In this document: positions 1 to 11,501 of the stretch, in pieces
Layout of the letters: every line of letters begins with the position of its first letter
Numbering within the stretch: position 1 is the stretch's first letter
DNA from: Candidatus Latescibacterota bacterium
GTDB lineage: Bacteria > Latescibacterota > UBA2968
Length of the DNA stretch: 47,818 bases
NCBI GenBank assembly: GCA_038279365.1
Contig: JAYODI010000040.1
Location: 1 to 47,818 of the forward strand
Direction: 5' to 3'
Translations under genes and position numbers: made by a program
Notes under the pieces: model-generated
Told to the model about the DNA's origin: nothing
What the model saw: the letters and a program-made list of their open reading frames with translations, nothing else
Database searches by the model: none

Positions 1-46
1 AGATTCGCAGATTTACTATTTGGTTGGTTTATAAAAGGGGAATGGT

Positions 47-937
47 ATGAAACGGTGGATGGTGCTAATGGTTTTGTTGTGGATGACAACCTCAGCTTCG
101 GCTTGGTGGCCACGCGGTCATGGCATTTTGACGCGTGCGGCAGTTGAAACACTGCCTCATGATTATCCTGCATTTATGAAGGCGGGTGTGGGCATGATTG
201 CTCACGCTTCTGTGGACCCCGATGTGGCCAAAAACAGAGCCACCCTTTCTTTGGAAAAAGCGATTCACCCGATTCATTATTTTAATGCTGAGTTGGTAGA
301 AGGTAAAATGTTGCCCCTTTCTCGATATGAGTTTGAGCGTATGTGCGCTGAATTGGGTAAAAAAGTAGAACAAGTGGGTTTGTTGCCTTATGCCACGGCG
401 GAAGCGACAGATCAGTTGACTTTGGCATTGGCTGAATATCGCAAATGGCCTGAGCACCCTTATATTCAGGCAAAGTGTTTGTTGTATGCAGGTGTTGTGG
501 CTCATTTTGCACAGGAGTTGTGCCAGCCTTTGAATTTGACCATTTATTGGAATGGACGCGGTGAAGATGGCACCCCCCAAAATTCGCGTATTCACGAAAA
601 TATTGACGGTTTGATTCAAAATATGGAATTGAAATCGTCTGTGATTGCTGCCGATTTAAAACCAGAAGCGGCAGACAGTTTGATGGGGGCGATTGTTGGG
701 CAAATAGCTGAAAGCCGTAAGCATATCGATCAGGCTTTGGCGTTGGATCAATATGTGTCACCTAAAGGGGCAGAGTATAAAAGTGAGGTTGCCGTACAGA
801 AATTTACAATCCAACAAGCCCGTGAAGCGGCGCGTTTTACGGCAGTGTTGTATTTGACGGCTTGGAAAAAGTCGGCGGCTGTGCGTTTGCCCGGGTGGAT
901 TGACCGAGGTGAAATGGATCATTTTGGGCGTCAATAA
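47..937 (+). CDS. Exported S1/P1 nuclease / Zn-dependent phospholipase C-like protein
   Basis: Signal peptide ending SASA, then mature N-terminus WWPRGH (W1/H6 pattern); later PD, IHYFN, HFAQELCQPLN and IHENID segments align with the S1/P1 Zn-ligand motifs; purine-rich RBS upstream. Confidence 0.7.
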   Translation: MKRWMVLMVLLWMTTSASAWWPRGHGILTRAAVETLPHDYPAFMKAGVGMIAHASVDPDVAKNRATLSLEKAIHPIHYFNAELVEGKMLPLSRYEFERMCAELGKKVEQVGLLPYATAEATDQLTLALAEYRKWPEHPYIQAKCLLYAGVVAHFAQELCQPLNLTIYWNGRGEDGTPQNSRIHENIDGLIQNMELKSSVIAADLKPEAADSLMGAIVGQIAESRKHIDQALALDQYVSPKGAEYKSEVAVQKFTIQQAREAARFTAVLYLTAWKKSAAVRLPGWIDRGEMDHFGRQ

Positions 938-957
938 ATGTTTTAGGAGGTTTTTTG

Positions 958-1935
958 ATGGGTTTTGAGCGGGAACGGGCTGTGGCGGTGGCTGCGGTGA
1001 AAGAGGCGGCAAAATTGTGTCAGGTGGTACGCAAAGAACTGGTGGAAGCGCATGCTTTAGAAAAGTCTGATCGCAGCCCCGTGACGGTGGCCGATTTTGG
1101 GTCGCAAGCATTGGTGTGTCGCTTGATCAAGTCGTCTTTTCCAGATGACCCGATTGTGGGTGAAGAAGATTCGGCGGCTTTGCGTAAGCCAGACCAAGCA
1201 GGCATGTTGCACCGTGTGGTAGAATATGTAAACGGATTCGAAACGGCCGATGCGTCTACCGTATGCGGTTGGATTGATGCAGGCAATGGTCAGGTGAGTC
1301 AACGCTATTGGACCTTGGATCCGATTGATGGTACAAAAGGTTTTTTGCGTGGAGACCAATATGCTGTGGCACTGGCATTGGTGGTGGATGGGGATGTGAA
1401 AGTGGCCGCTGTGGCCTGCCCTGCGTTGCCATTGGACATGGATGCCTTTGACGGTGAACTGGGCGTGCTGTTGGTGGCTGTTCGCGGTGAGGGAACGACG
1501 ATTCAACCTTTGGGTAACGATTCAAGCGAAACAAAAGCCTCAGTTGCCAAAGCGGGAGATGAACGCGCTTGGCGCTTTGTGGAGAGTGTGGAAGCTGGGC
1601 ATAGTGATCATGAAAGACAAGAAGCTCTTGCAGCGGCCGTGGGCATTGTCACACCATCTTTGCGCATGGACAGTCAGGCCAAATATTGTGCCGTAGCACG
1701 TGGTGATGCAGCTTTGTATTTGCGCTTACCTTCTCCTGACCAGCCCGATTATCGCGAAAAGATTTGGGATCATGCAGCGGGTTCTTTGGTGGTCGAAGAA
1801 GCGGGTGGTCGCGTGACGGATATGTTTGGAAAGCCATTGGACTTTGCCACGGATGCACTTATGAGCAACAATCGTGGCATTGTGGTAAGCAGTGGTGGTA
1901 TTCATGAGATGGTGATTGAAGCACTTACAAAATAA
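958..1935 (+). CDS. 3'(2'),5'-bisphosphate nucleotidase, HAL2-like (inositol monophosphatase superfamily)
   Basis: KSDRSPVTVADFGSQ, GEEDS, WTLDPIDGTKGFLRGDQYAV, RMDSQAKY and EKIWDHAAG motifs; AGGAGG RBS before the ATG at 958. Confidence 0.92.
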   Translation: MGFERERAVAVAAVKEAAKLCQVVRKELVEAHALEKSDRSPVTVADFGSQALVCRLIKSSFPDDPIVGEEDSAALRKPDQAGMLHRVVEYVNGFETADASTVCGWIDAGNGQVSQRYWTLDPIDGTKGFLRGDQYAVALALVVDGDVKVAAVACPALPLDMDAFDGELGVLLVAVRGEGTTIQPLGNDSSETKASVAKAGDERAWRFVESVEAGHSDHERQEALAAAVGIVTPSLRMDSQAKYCAVARGDAALYLRLPSPDQPDYREKIWDHAAGSLVVEEAGGRVTDMFGKPLDFATDALMSNNRGIVVSSGGIHEMVIEALTK

Positions 1936-1968
1936 TACACATGACGTATTGAGTGATATGGAGATGTT

Positions 1969-3816
1969 ATGAAGCTCACAGACTACCCTCGGTTGTATAT
2001 TTCTGATTCACATTATGGTCGGTTGCGCGAAAAAGCCGAACATAAAATTGCGCGCAATGCACGACAAAATTTGAAACTGTTGGCAAAAACGTTTTTGGAA
2101 GATACAAACATTGTGGTAGATGAAACAGGACACAACTCGCATTTGATTCGGGCGCGAAAGATGCAAACGCGTGTGGTCACGCTGTTGGCTGAATACAAGC
2201 GAACGGGTGACCGCATATATCGCGATGCGGTTTTGGCTGATGTGGCGCGTATTGCGGGGTGGGAATATTGGTCTTGGATTACGTGGCGCCAAGGCGATGC
2301 ACGCCCTGAGGCTATTTTTGATTTGTCTTACGGCGAAAACTCGGCCACCTTGGCGTTGGCTTTTGATGGGTTGTATCACGAATTGTCGGCAGATGAAAAG
2401 AAGCTTTTTGTAGATACGGCCGTTAAGCGATCGTTAAGGCCATTTTTGCATGTGATGAAGGCCAAAGACAAACCGATGTATTTTAAACACCCACATACCA
2501 ATTGGAATACGGTGTGTTGTGGTGGGGCGGGTATGTTGGCATTGGCAATGGGTGATTTGTGTAAAGAGTCGGAAGCCGTGCTTAAGATTGTGGAAGAAAG
2601 TGTTGAGCCGTTTTTTAAATCTCTTAAAGGGGACGGCGGTTGGCCAGAGGGTATTGGCTATTGGAACTACGGCATGCGTTATGGGTTTATGTATTTGTTG
2701 AGTTGGGAACGTGCCACAGGCAAAAAGCACAAATTGTTGCAACTCAAAGGCACAGAAGCCACGCTTAAGTTTCCTTTGCAATTCACGCCCAATGGTGTGC
2801 CGTGTAGTTTTGGCGATGTGAATCGCTTTGGTGTTTTGCCTTTTCATTATGCTGCGGCAGAACGCTTTGGTGCGGGTGAGGTGACATCTGAACTGGATCG
2901 TCGTTTGACTATGAAAGAAGTGGCGCGTTTGGATGGCCCTTGGCCCAATGTGGCGGAGTTGGCTCTGTTTCATCCTGGGCGCGAAACGGAGGGGAAACTG
3001 GGTGTGTGGGAGAATCGCGTTTTGGTGCGTGGTCTTGATTGGGGGTATGTGGCCGATCAGATGCCTGAGACGAATTTGTATGTTTCTGTAAGAGGCGGCA
3101 CAACCGATGCACCGCATGTGCATCGCGACTTGATGAGCTTTTTTGTGGTGGCTGGTGGCGAAATGTTGATTGAGAATGTGGGTGTTGATGATTATATGGA
3201 CACCACATTTAGTGCTCGTCGTTTTGATTTGTATGAACCATCGGCTCATTCTAAAAACACCATTTTCTTAAATGGTGTGAGTATTTCCGATAAAGTGTCG
3301 GTAAAAACATCGGTGATTGAGGGGAGCGGATATGAGGGTTTTCGCATTGATGCCACAGATGCGATGGGCACCATGCGTGATGGCCCTGCGGCCACATTTT
3401 GTGGGCGTGCCATTGTAATGGTGAAAAAGAAGGGGGTTTTGGTTGTGGATCGGGTGGTGGTGCCTCATGCGGCTTTGGTTGAGTCTCGTTTACATACTTT
3501 TTGTGATGTGACATTTGGCTCGTCTGATGTTCAAATTCGCGGCAAAAAACAGCGTATGCAAATAGCTGTTGCTGCCACGGAGCCTATTTTGACCAAAAAA
3601 GGCCTGGGAATTCCAAGTCACCCGGGGCGAGAGCCCGATACGATGATTCGGTTTGTGAGCCATAAGAAATTGTTGTCGGTAACCATGGCCTACTTTTTGA
3701 CACACAATGGCAAATCAGATGTGTCGCTGAGTGAACGAGGGGGGCATACCTCGGTTAAAATTACGGGAGATGTGTCTGCCCGAATCCGTTTTGATACGCA
3801 TAAATTTTCATTCTAA
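1969..3816 (+). CDS. Heparinase II/III-like (oligo)saccharide lyase family protein, no signal peptide
   Basis: NWNTVC, DGGWPEGIGYWNYG, FGD and HVHRDLMSF motifs typical of alpha/alpha toroid plus beta-sandwich lyases; GGAG RBS. Confidence 0.7.
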   Translation: MKLTDYPRLYISDSHYGRLREKAEHKIARNARQNLKLLAKTFLEDTNIVVDETGHNSHLIRARKMQTRVVTLLAEYKRTGDRIYRDAVLADVARIAGWEYWSWITWRQGDARPEAIFDLSYGENSATLALAFDGLYHELSADEKKLFVDTAVKRSLRPFLHVMKAKDKPMYFKHPHTNWNTVCCGGAGMLALAMGDLCKESEAVLKIVEESVEPFFKSLKGDGGWPEGIGYWNYGMRYGFMYLLSWERATGKKHKLLQLKGTEATLKFPLQFTPNGVPCSFGDVNRFGVLPFHYAAAERFGAGEVTSELDRRLTMKEVARLDGPWPNVAELALFHPGRETEGKLGVWENRVLVRGLDWGYVADQMPETNLYVSVRGGTTDAPHVHRDLMSFFVVAGGEMLIENVGVDDYMDTTFSARRFDLYEPSAHSKNTIFLNGVSISDKVSVKTSVIEGSGYEGFRIDATDAMGTMRDGPAATFCGRAIVMVKKKGVLVVDRVVVPHAALVESRLHTFCDVTFGSSDVQIRGKKQRMQIAVAATEPILTKKGLGIPSHPGREPDTMIRFVSHKKLLSVTMAYFLTHNGKSDVSLSERGGHTSVKITGDVSARIRFDTHKFSF

Positions 3817-3928
3817 ATTTTAGTCAGAAGATTTTTTGTCGCTTCGTGCGCCGGGCATAGAGAGGCATGGGTTTTTTGCTCATGATCTGATGTGTTTGGT
3901 GTGCGAAGCGTTTTTTTGGGTGGTTTGG

Positions 3929-4657
3929 ATGCGTGATTACAACAGGGTAGTGAATCGCATAGAGGCTTTGACCGAAAAGGCTGTACACCTTGAGCGTTTG
4001 GGCATGGTAAATGGTTTGCCAGTGTTGTGTGTCACATTGTCGCAAGATGTGTCGTTGCCTACCATTTACATCAATGGGGGCACACATGGTGATGAACCTG
4101 CGGGTGTTGAAGGTGCAATGGCTTTTTTGGAAGGCAACTGGGCGAAGTGGTTGGATCGTTTGCAGTTTCGGGTGATTCCGTGTCTAAATCCGTGGGGATA
4201 TGTTCACGATACACGTGAAAATGCACAAGGTGTGGACATTAATTGGGCCTGTTTAAAAAAAGGCGTGCCTGAGGTTGCCATTATTAAAAAATTTATTCAA
4301 AATCAAAAATTTGTGGCAACCGTTGATTTGCACGAAGATTGGGAAAGCCCAGGTTATTATGTGTATGAATTATACCGTGATTTTGCAATAGGCCAGCAGA
4401 TTACACGGCGTGTGGCGGGTGTGTGCCAATTGAATACAGGGCGTGTGATTGAAGGTGAGAATGCGATTCATGGTTTGATTCACCCCAATTTGGAAGCCGA
4501 TAAACGTCGGGTAGATGATGGCATTCCCATCGTGTTGTTTCGGTATCGTTATACAAACAGATTGGTGACCACCGAAACACCTACCAAAGAGCCATTGGGT
4601 AAGCGTATTGATGCGCAATTGGCAACTTTGGATGTGGTTATTGGGGCACACGCGTGA
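3929..4657 (+). CDS. M14-family zinc carboxypeptidase / succinylglutamate desuccinylase-like protein
   Basis: GGTHGDEPAG (HxxE), PCLNPWG, RENAQGVDIN and VDLHED motifs. Start moved to the ATG at 3929; the ORF track starts at 3836. Confidence 0.82.
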   Translation: MRDYNRVVNRIEALTEKAVHLERLGMVNGLPVLCVTLSQDVSLPTIYINGGTHGDEPAGVEGAMAFLEGNWAKWLDRLQFRVIPCLNPWGYVHDTRENAQGVDINWACLKKGVPEVAIIKKFIQNQKFVATVDLHEDWESPGYYVYELYRDFAIGQQITRRVAGVCQLNTGRVIEGENAIHGLIHPNLEADKRRVDDGIPIVLFRYRYTNRLVTTETPTKEPLGKRIDAQLATLDVVIGAHA

Positions 4658-5112
4658 GCAAATCGGATACATCTGCACGTATTAAAGTTGCCTATGTGCT
4701 GGCAGATGATGATGTTATTGAGCCGAGATTATCTGTGGCAGATTGGGCAGATTTGAAACGTGGTTTTGAATTGTTTCATGCACACAAGTTTTGGGATTCG
4801 CATGAGGCGTGGGAGTTGGTTTGGCGCAGACACAAACAACCCAGTCGCATCTTTTTTCAGGGGTTGATCCAAACAGCCGCCGCGTGTCACCAAATTGAAC
4901 ACGGTGTTTATCATGGTGCGGTGAAACATTGCAACAATGCCCTGTTGAAGATCAGGCAATTTCCCGATGGGTTTTTGGGTGTGGGGGTTTTGGGTTTGGT
5001 TCACGCAATAGAAGTTTGTCGCGATATGGTTGAACGCTTGGGTAAAAATGGTTTGGGCGATTTTGATACAGATTGGTTTCCTGTGATTGATTTTGCCCAA
5101 CCCCGTGAATGA
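4654..5112 (+). CDS. DUF309 domain protein
   Basis: GFELFHAHKFWDSHEAWELVW and FFQGLIQTAAACHQ match the DUF309 pattern; GTGA overlap with the upstream gene. Confidence 0.85.
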   Translation: MSKSDTSARIKVAYVLADDDVIEPRLSVADWADLKRGFELFHAHKFWDSHEAWELVWRRHKQPSRIFFQGLIQTAAACHQIEHGVYHGAVKHCNNALLKIRQFPDGFLGVGVLGLVHAIEVCRDMVERLGKNGLGDFDTDWFPVIDFAQPRE

Positions 5113-5118
5113 TTTGCC

Positions 5119-6210
5119 CTAAAAACGATATTTTTCGATTTTGTCGCGGTTGAGGGTTACGCCCAGACCAGGGCCTTGGGGTGGGCTTAAGTAACCGTCG
5201 GTGATTTGAAAGGTTTCGTTGATAATGTCGTCGGCGTGATAAATGAAGCCGTTGACATCACTGGCATAACCCAAGTTGTTCATGGCAAAAGCCAGGTGGG
5301 CTTGGGCTGCGGTGCCAATGCCGAGTTCTGGCATGCTGCCAATGATGCAGGGAATACGGGCGGCTTCGGCTATGGCAAAGATTTGGGTGGCTGGAAAAAT
5401 ACCGCCTGCTTCTGAGACATATACGTTAAATACATCAACGGCTTCGGCACGAATACAGGCCATTGCGTCGGTGGGTGTCCAAACACTTTCATCGGCCATT
5501 ATGGGTGTGTCTACGTGTTCGCGCACATGATGAAGACCCAATAGATCACTAAAATGCAAGGGTTGTTCAACGAGTTCTATTTGAAAGGATTCTAAGGCCT
5601 TGATGTTGCGCACTGCTTCTTTGGCATTGGCCCAGCCCATGTTGGCATCAACGCGCAAAGTAATGTCGTTACCAATGCGATTGCGAATGGCTGCGACGGT
5701 TTCTAAATCGGTTTTTGAATTGCGACCAATTTTGGCTTTGAGGGTTTTGTAACCTTTTGTGACCAATGATGCGGCCATTTCTGCAATTTGGTTGGGCTCG
5801 CCCATTGAGAGTGAGTGGCTGAGAAGGACCCTTTCTCTTATTTTGCCACCCAAAAGATTGTAAATGGGTGTATTGAGTTTTTTGCCCACAATGTCGTAAA
5901 GGGCCATATCTATACCGGCTTTTGCTGGGTAAGATCGGTGCAACAGTGCGTTCATTTTGGTGTGAATTTGAGAAATGCAAAATGGGTCGTTCCCGATAAG
6001 TGCTTGGGCGAGTAAGTCGTTGATGTCTTCGGCTTGTCCACGGCCTTTTCTGTCCCAGATGCTACAAATTTCGCCTATGCCGGTGATGCCTTCGTCGGTT
6101 TCTATTTCGACAATTGCATTTTCACTATCTGCACTGCGCCCAAGGCTGCTGGTAAAATATTGTGGACGGGGCACGCGAATGGGGGTGGCTGTGATGCGTG
6201 TAATTTTCAA
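5119..6210 (-). CDS. Mandelate racemase / muconate-lactonizing enzyme family protein (enolase superfamily)
   Basis: AGIDMALYDIVGK, KxK (LKAKIG), DAN, EQP and DES metal ligands, PGLGV; GGAG RBS with TTG start. Confidence 0.9.
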   Translation of the reverse strand: MKITRITATPIRVPRPQYFTSSLGRSADSENAIVEIETDEGITGIGEICSIWDRKGRGQAEDINDLLAQALIGNDPFCISQIHTKMNALLHRSYPAKAGIDMALYDIVGKKLNTPIYNLLGGKIRERVLLSHSLSMGEPNQIAEMAASLVTKGYKTLKAKIGRNSKTDLETVAAIRNRIGNDITLRVDANMGWANAKEAVRNIKALESFQIELVEQPLHFSDLLGLHHVREHVDTPIMADESVWTPTDAMACIRAEAVDVFNVYVSEAGGIFPATQIFAIAEAARIPCIIGSMPELGIGTAAQAHLAFAMNNLGYASDVNGFIYHADDIINETFQITDGYLSPPQGPGLGVTLNRDKIEKYRF

Positions 6211-6509
6211 TATCTACTCCTTTGTCTGGGCGGGTTTGATCTTTAAAAATGGCATTTGCTTGATGTGGTGTTGTGTAAAATAGTGCCACGAATAGACGGA
6301 GGCAATCGGTTATTTTTTGTGGTTGTTATGAATGCTGTAAATAAAAAAGTTCGCTTTATTTCTTTTTTGCCGTATATTTGCCTTAAGTAATCCACGCTAC
6401 AAAAACCCTCCTAAGATTTCCTGCGTCATATCTCGGTCTCCAAAACTGTTTTGAGTGTCTCCCCGAGCATCTGTCGTTTTCTATCTCGGGAACATCAAGA
6501 CTGGAATTT

Positions 6510-7922
6510 ATGCAACAATCGTTTAACAACCTCTCGCTCCACAAATCTATTCTTCGTGCATTGTCTGACGAAGGGTATCACACCCCTACTCCCATTCAGC
6601 AAAAAGCCATTCCCGAAGTGTTGGCAGGCAAAGACCTTGTTGCTGTTGCCCAAACAGGCACAGGTAAAACGGCTGCGTTTTCATTGCCTCTTTTGCATCA
6701 ACTCCAAGCACAAAAACCAGGCGGTCCTCGACGTATTCGCGCCCTTATTTTGACACCTACTCGTGAATTGGCTCTCCAAATAGACGAAAGTTTGCGCACG
6801 TATGGGCAACATTTGCCTTTGCGCACCACGGTTTTGTTGGGAGGCGTTTCGGCGCACCAACAGATTAAATCGTTACGACAAAAGCCCGATATTTTGGTGG
6901 CCACACCAGGACGTTTGCTCGATCTGTTTAATCAGGGACATGTCTATTTGGATAAGATTGAAACCCTCATTTTTGATGAAGCGGATCGTATGTTGGATAT
7001 GGGCTTTTTGCCTGATGTTAAAAAGATCGTGGCCCAATTGCCGGAAAGTCGGCAAACGTTGCTCTTTTCTGCTACGATGTCTGCGGATATTTCGCGCCTT
7101 GCAAAACAGATGCAAAAAGATCCCATTCAAGTGGACGTAACTCCGTCGGTTTCTGTGCCGACCAAGATTGCCCAACAGGTGCTTTTTGTTGAAAAGAAAA
7201 ACAAACGCGCGCTTTTGTCAGATATTTTAAAAGACAAAGGTGTGTTGCGCGCATTGGTGTTTACGCGCACAAAACACTTGGCCAATCGTTTGATGCAACA
7301 TTTGTCGAGAGAAGGCATTGCTGCCGATGCCATCCATTCTAATAAAACACAAAATGCCCGCCAAAAAGCATTGTCGGCTTTTCATCGGGGGCATATTAAA
7401 GTGTTGATTGGCACGGATATTATTGCGCGGGGTATTGATGTGGATGGGGTTTCTCATGTGATCAACTATGAATTGCCTCACGAACCAGAAAGTTATGTGC
7501 ATCGTATTGGACGCACTGCCCGTGCAGGCACAGAAGGCACCGCGATGTCGTTTTGTGATGCGGAAGAAGTGGGGTTGCTCAAAGGCATCGAAAGATTGAC
7601 ACGCGTGCCATTAACAACTGTTGAGAATCATCCGTTTCGTTCGGATGCCATTGCCGAATTGCGAAAGAGTGGTGTCTCTGTGGCGCCACCCTCACAAGGA
7701 AGACGGAACGGCAGATTAAATGGTGCTAATGGCGGGTCTGGTGGGGCCAATAACAGATCTCGCACATCAAACGGCAGATCCAATAGATCGAACCCATCCA
7801 ATGCACCAAACGGTCGTTCAAACGGTTCTGCTACACGCCAATCGTATTCGACGTCTGACCAGGTGTCTGCACCCTCTGAGCGGGCGATGACATTTGGACG
7901 TAGGAATCGCATTGTGAAATAA
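6510..7922 (+). CDS. rhlE: DEAD-box RNA helicase, RhlE-like
   Basis: Q motif PTPIQ, AQTGTGKT, PTRELA, TPGRLLD, DEADRMLDMGF, SAT, HRIGRTARAG; basic Asn/Gly/Arg-rich tail. Confidence 0.9.
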   Translation: MQQSFNNLSLHKSILRALSDEGYHTPTPIQQKAIPEVLAGKDLVAVAQTGTGKTAAFSLPLLHQLQAQKPGGPRRIRALILTPTRELALQIDESLRTYGQHLPLRTTVLLGGVSAHQQIKSLRQKPDILVATPGRLLDLFNQGHVYLDKIETLIFDEADRMLDMGFLPDVKKIVAQLPESRQTLLFSATMSADISRLAKQMQKDPIQVDVTPSVSVPTKIAQQVLFVEKKNKRALLSDILKDKGVLRALVFTRTKHLANRLMQHLSREGIAADAIHSNKTQNARQKALSAFHRGHIKVLIGTDIIARGIDVDGVSHVINYELPHEPESYVHRIGRTARAGTEGTAMSFCDAEEVGLLKGIERLTRVPLTTVENHPFRSDAIAELRKSGVSVAPPSQGRRNGRLNGANGGSGGANNRSRTSNGRSNRSNPSNAPNGRSNGSATRQSYSTSDQVSAPSERAMTFGRRNRIVK

Positions 7923-7989
7923 ATTTTTTGAAATTGAGAGCTACAAGAGCAAATGGGAATGGCTAAAAATCGTTTTCCATTTGATCCAT

Positions 7990-8030
7990 AAAAAAAGACC
8001 GTCGGTTTGAATACCGGCGGTCTTTTTTTT
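7990..8030. terminator. Bidirectional intrinsic terminator
   Basis: A7-GACCGTCGGT-loop-ACCGGCGGTC-T8 between convergent genes. Confidence 0.85.
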
Positions 8031-8165
8031 GATCTACATTTTAAATGGTGAAGTTGAGCGATGTCATGAATATAAGGGGCATAAATGATTTGATCATTTG
8101 ATACCTGAAGCGCTTCAAGTTGTTCAACCACCACTTTATAAACGAATCATTTTCGCAAGAATGGT

Positions 8166-8336
8166 TTACGATGATTCTTCGTAGGCTTTTCGTTCTTCTG
8201 GCGTGTAGACCTTCATGGAATAGGGAGGCGCTTCTAACACTTTGCGCGCTTTTTCATCACCTGCACTGGCCTTCTGAATTAGCTTGTAACGATCTTCCCG
8301 TTCCTTGGCAATCGCTTCATTGCGCTTGCTAATCAT
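8166..8336 (-). CDS. Small hypothetical protein (56 aa, charged, probably helical)
   Basis: AGGAGG RBS just before the ATG at 8336 and a TTGACA-N17-TAATTT promoter upstream. Confidence 0.7.
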   Translation of the reverse strand: MISKRNEAIAKEREDRYKLIQKASAGDEKARKVLEAPPYSMKVYTPEERKAYEESS

Positions 8337-8385
8337 ATAACCTCCTATATATACATCCATTGAATGAGGATTAGCACTGGCCTAA

Positions 8386-8414
8386 AAATTACTGAAAATC
8401 ACCCTATTTGTCAA
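8386..8414 (-). promoter_or_regulatory. Sigma70-type promoter of the 56-aa ORF
   Basis: Minus strand TTGACA-aatagggtgattttcag(17)-TAATTT. Confidence 0.65.
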
Positions 8415-8636
8415 ATCCAGAAAGAACCGGTGCTTAACCGGATATGACATTGTTGGGCTTTAAAAGATAATTGTACTGTCCATTTTGGGCTTATTGAAGA
8501 AGCGTTTGTCATACTCAATGGGTGTATGTCAGATACAACAGGATTAAATGGATTCCATAATCGGTTCTCCCCGAAACGGTCTTTGATCGGCGATGTTTGA
8601 TTGAATTTGGATTCTTGTAATGACGCGCTAAAATAG

Positions 8637-8677
8637 AAAAGGGACTTGCGATTGGTAATCGCAAGTCCCTTGTTTTT
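8637..8677 (-). terminator. Intrinsic terminator after tRNA-Ala
   Basis: Perfect inverted repeat AAGGGACTTGCGATT/AATCGCAAGTCCCTT with T-rich flanks. Confidence 0.85.
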
Positions 8678-8690
8678 ATAGTCTTTAAAA

Positions 8691-8766
8691 TGGTGGAGCC
8701 AAGGAGGATCGAACTCCTGACCTCATGACTGCCAGTCATGCGCTCTCCCAGCTGAGCTATGGCCCC
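8691..8766 (-). tRNA. tRNA-Ala(GGC)
   Basis: Reverse complement GGGGCCATAGCTCAGCTGGGAGAGCG-CATGA-CT-GGC-AG-TCATG...GTTCGATCC...GGCTCCACCA; G3:U70 pair; encoded CCA. Confidence 0.98.
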
Positions 8767-8781
8767 ACCTAAGTGGGATGA

Positions 8782-8810
8782 AGATTAACAAAATGGGTGA
8801 TTTCTGTCAA
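8782..8810 (-). promoter_or_regulatory. Sigma70-type promoter of tRNA-Ala
   Basis: Minus strand TTGACA-N17-TAATCT just upstream of the tRNA. Confidence 0.7.
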
Positions 8811-9016
8811 GTAAAAAGCCTAAAAATCATTTATAATGGTGTTTTTTAATAGATAGCGCGTGGCGGTGTTGGGGTGGTGTTTCGGGTTTGGTGTGAGATT
8901 AATAAATATATGATTCGTGAAATAAGTGTTGTAATTGATTGTTTTTAAACAATTTGAAATTTTAGTAATTTATGTTGATGTAAATTTTATTTGTGGGCGA
9001 GGAGGAGTGGGATGTG

Positions 9017-11041
<2,025 letters not shown>

Positions 11042-11063
11042 TTAGGCGTGGAAACGGAGGCTG

Positions 11064-11435
11064 TTATTGTGGGATGTTGAGGGTTTTTCTGACAATGTCT
11101 AAAAGTTCCTCTGCGCCAAAAGGTTTGGGGAGCCAATGTTTGATACCTAATTGTTGGAGGCTTCCCAAGGTGGCTGTTGATAAATAGGCAGAGATAACAA
11201 TAATGGGTGTGTTGTGATTGGGGGTGGCTTGGGCAGTTAAGGCTTCTGCCAAACTCAAACCATCAAGAGACGGCATATTGAGGTCGAGGGTGATGAGATC
11301 GAATTGGGTTTCAAGCAATGTTTCTAGGGCTGCTTGTCCATCACCTACAAGATGCGTTTGCAAGTCTAAGAGTTCTAAAATATCACCAATAGAGTCTCTA
11401 ACAGGTTTTTGATCTTCTATAACAATGACCTTCAA
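11064..11435 (-). CDS. Single-domain response regulator (CheY-like receiver)
   Basis: VIVIED, DLITLDLNMPSLDG, ISA and KPF motifs; AGGAGG RBS with TTG start. Confidence 0.9.
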   Translation of the reverse strand: MKVIVIEDQKPVRDSIGDILELLDLQTHLVGDGQAALETLLETQFDLITLDLNMPSLDGLSLAEALTAQATPNHNTPIIVISAYLSTATLGSLQQLGIKHWLPKPFGAEELLDIVRKTLNIPQ

Positions 11436-11501
11436 TTGACACCTCCTAAAAATGTTGGTGTATTATACGCATTCATTAGGCAATGTGCAAGATGTGGGCA
11501 C

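Noticed and set aside
2434..3249. 271-aa antisense ORF, and similar shadow ORFs opposite ligA, ftsK, clpC and others
   Set aside because: They lie opposite well-supported genes and have no motifs or RBS; explained by codon bias on the sense strand.
6380..6509. Possible structured 5' UTR of the DEAD-box helicase (CCCGAG/CTCGGG pairing)
   Set aside because: Only one short helix and no recognisable motif; not enough to call.
7700..7830. Short repeats (AACGGCAGAT, NGRSN) in the helicase tail
   Set aside because: Low-complexity basic C-terminal tails are normal for RhlE-like DEAD-box proteins.
8515..8739. 74-aa ORF on the minus strand
   Set aside because: It starts inside tRNA-Ala and runs through its terminator; spurious.
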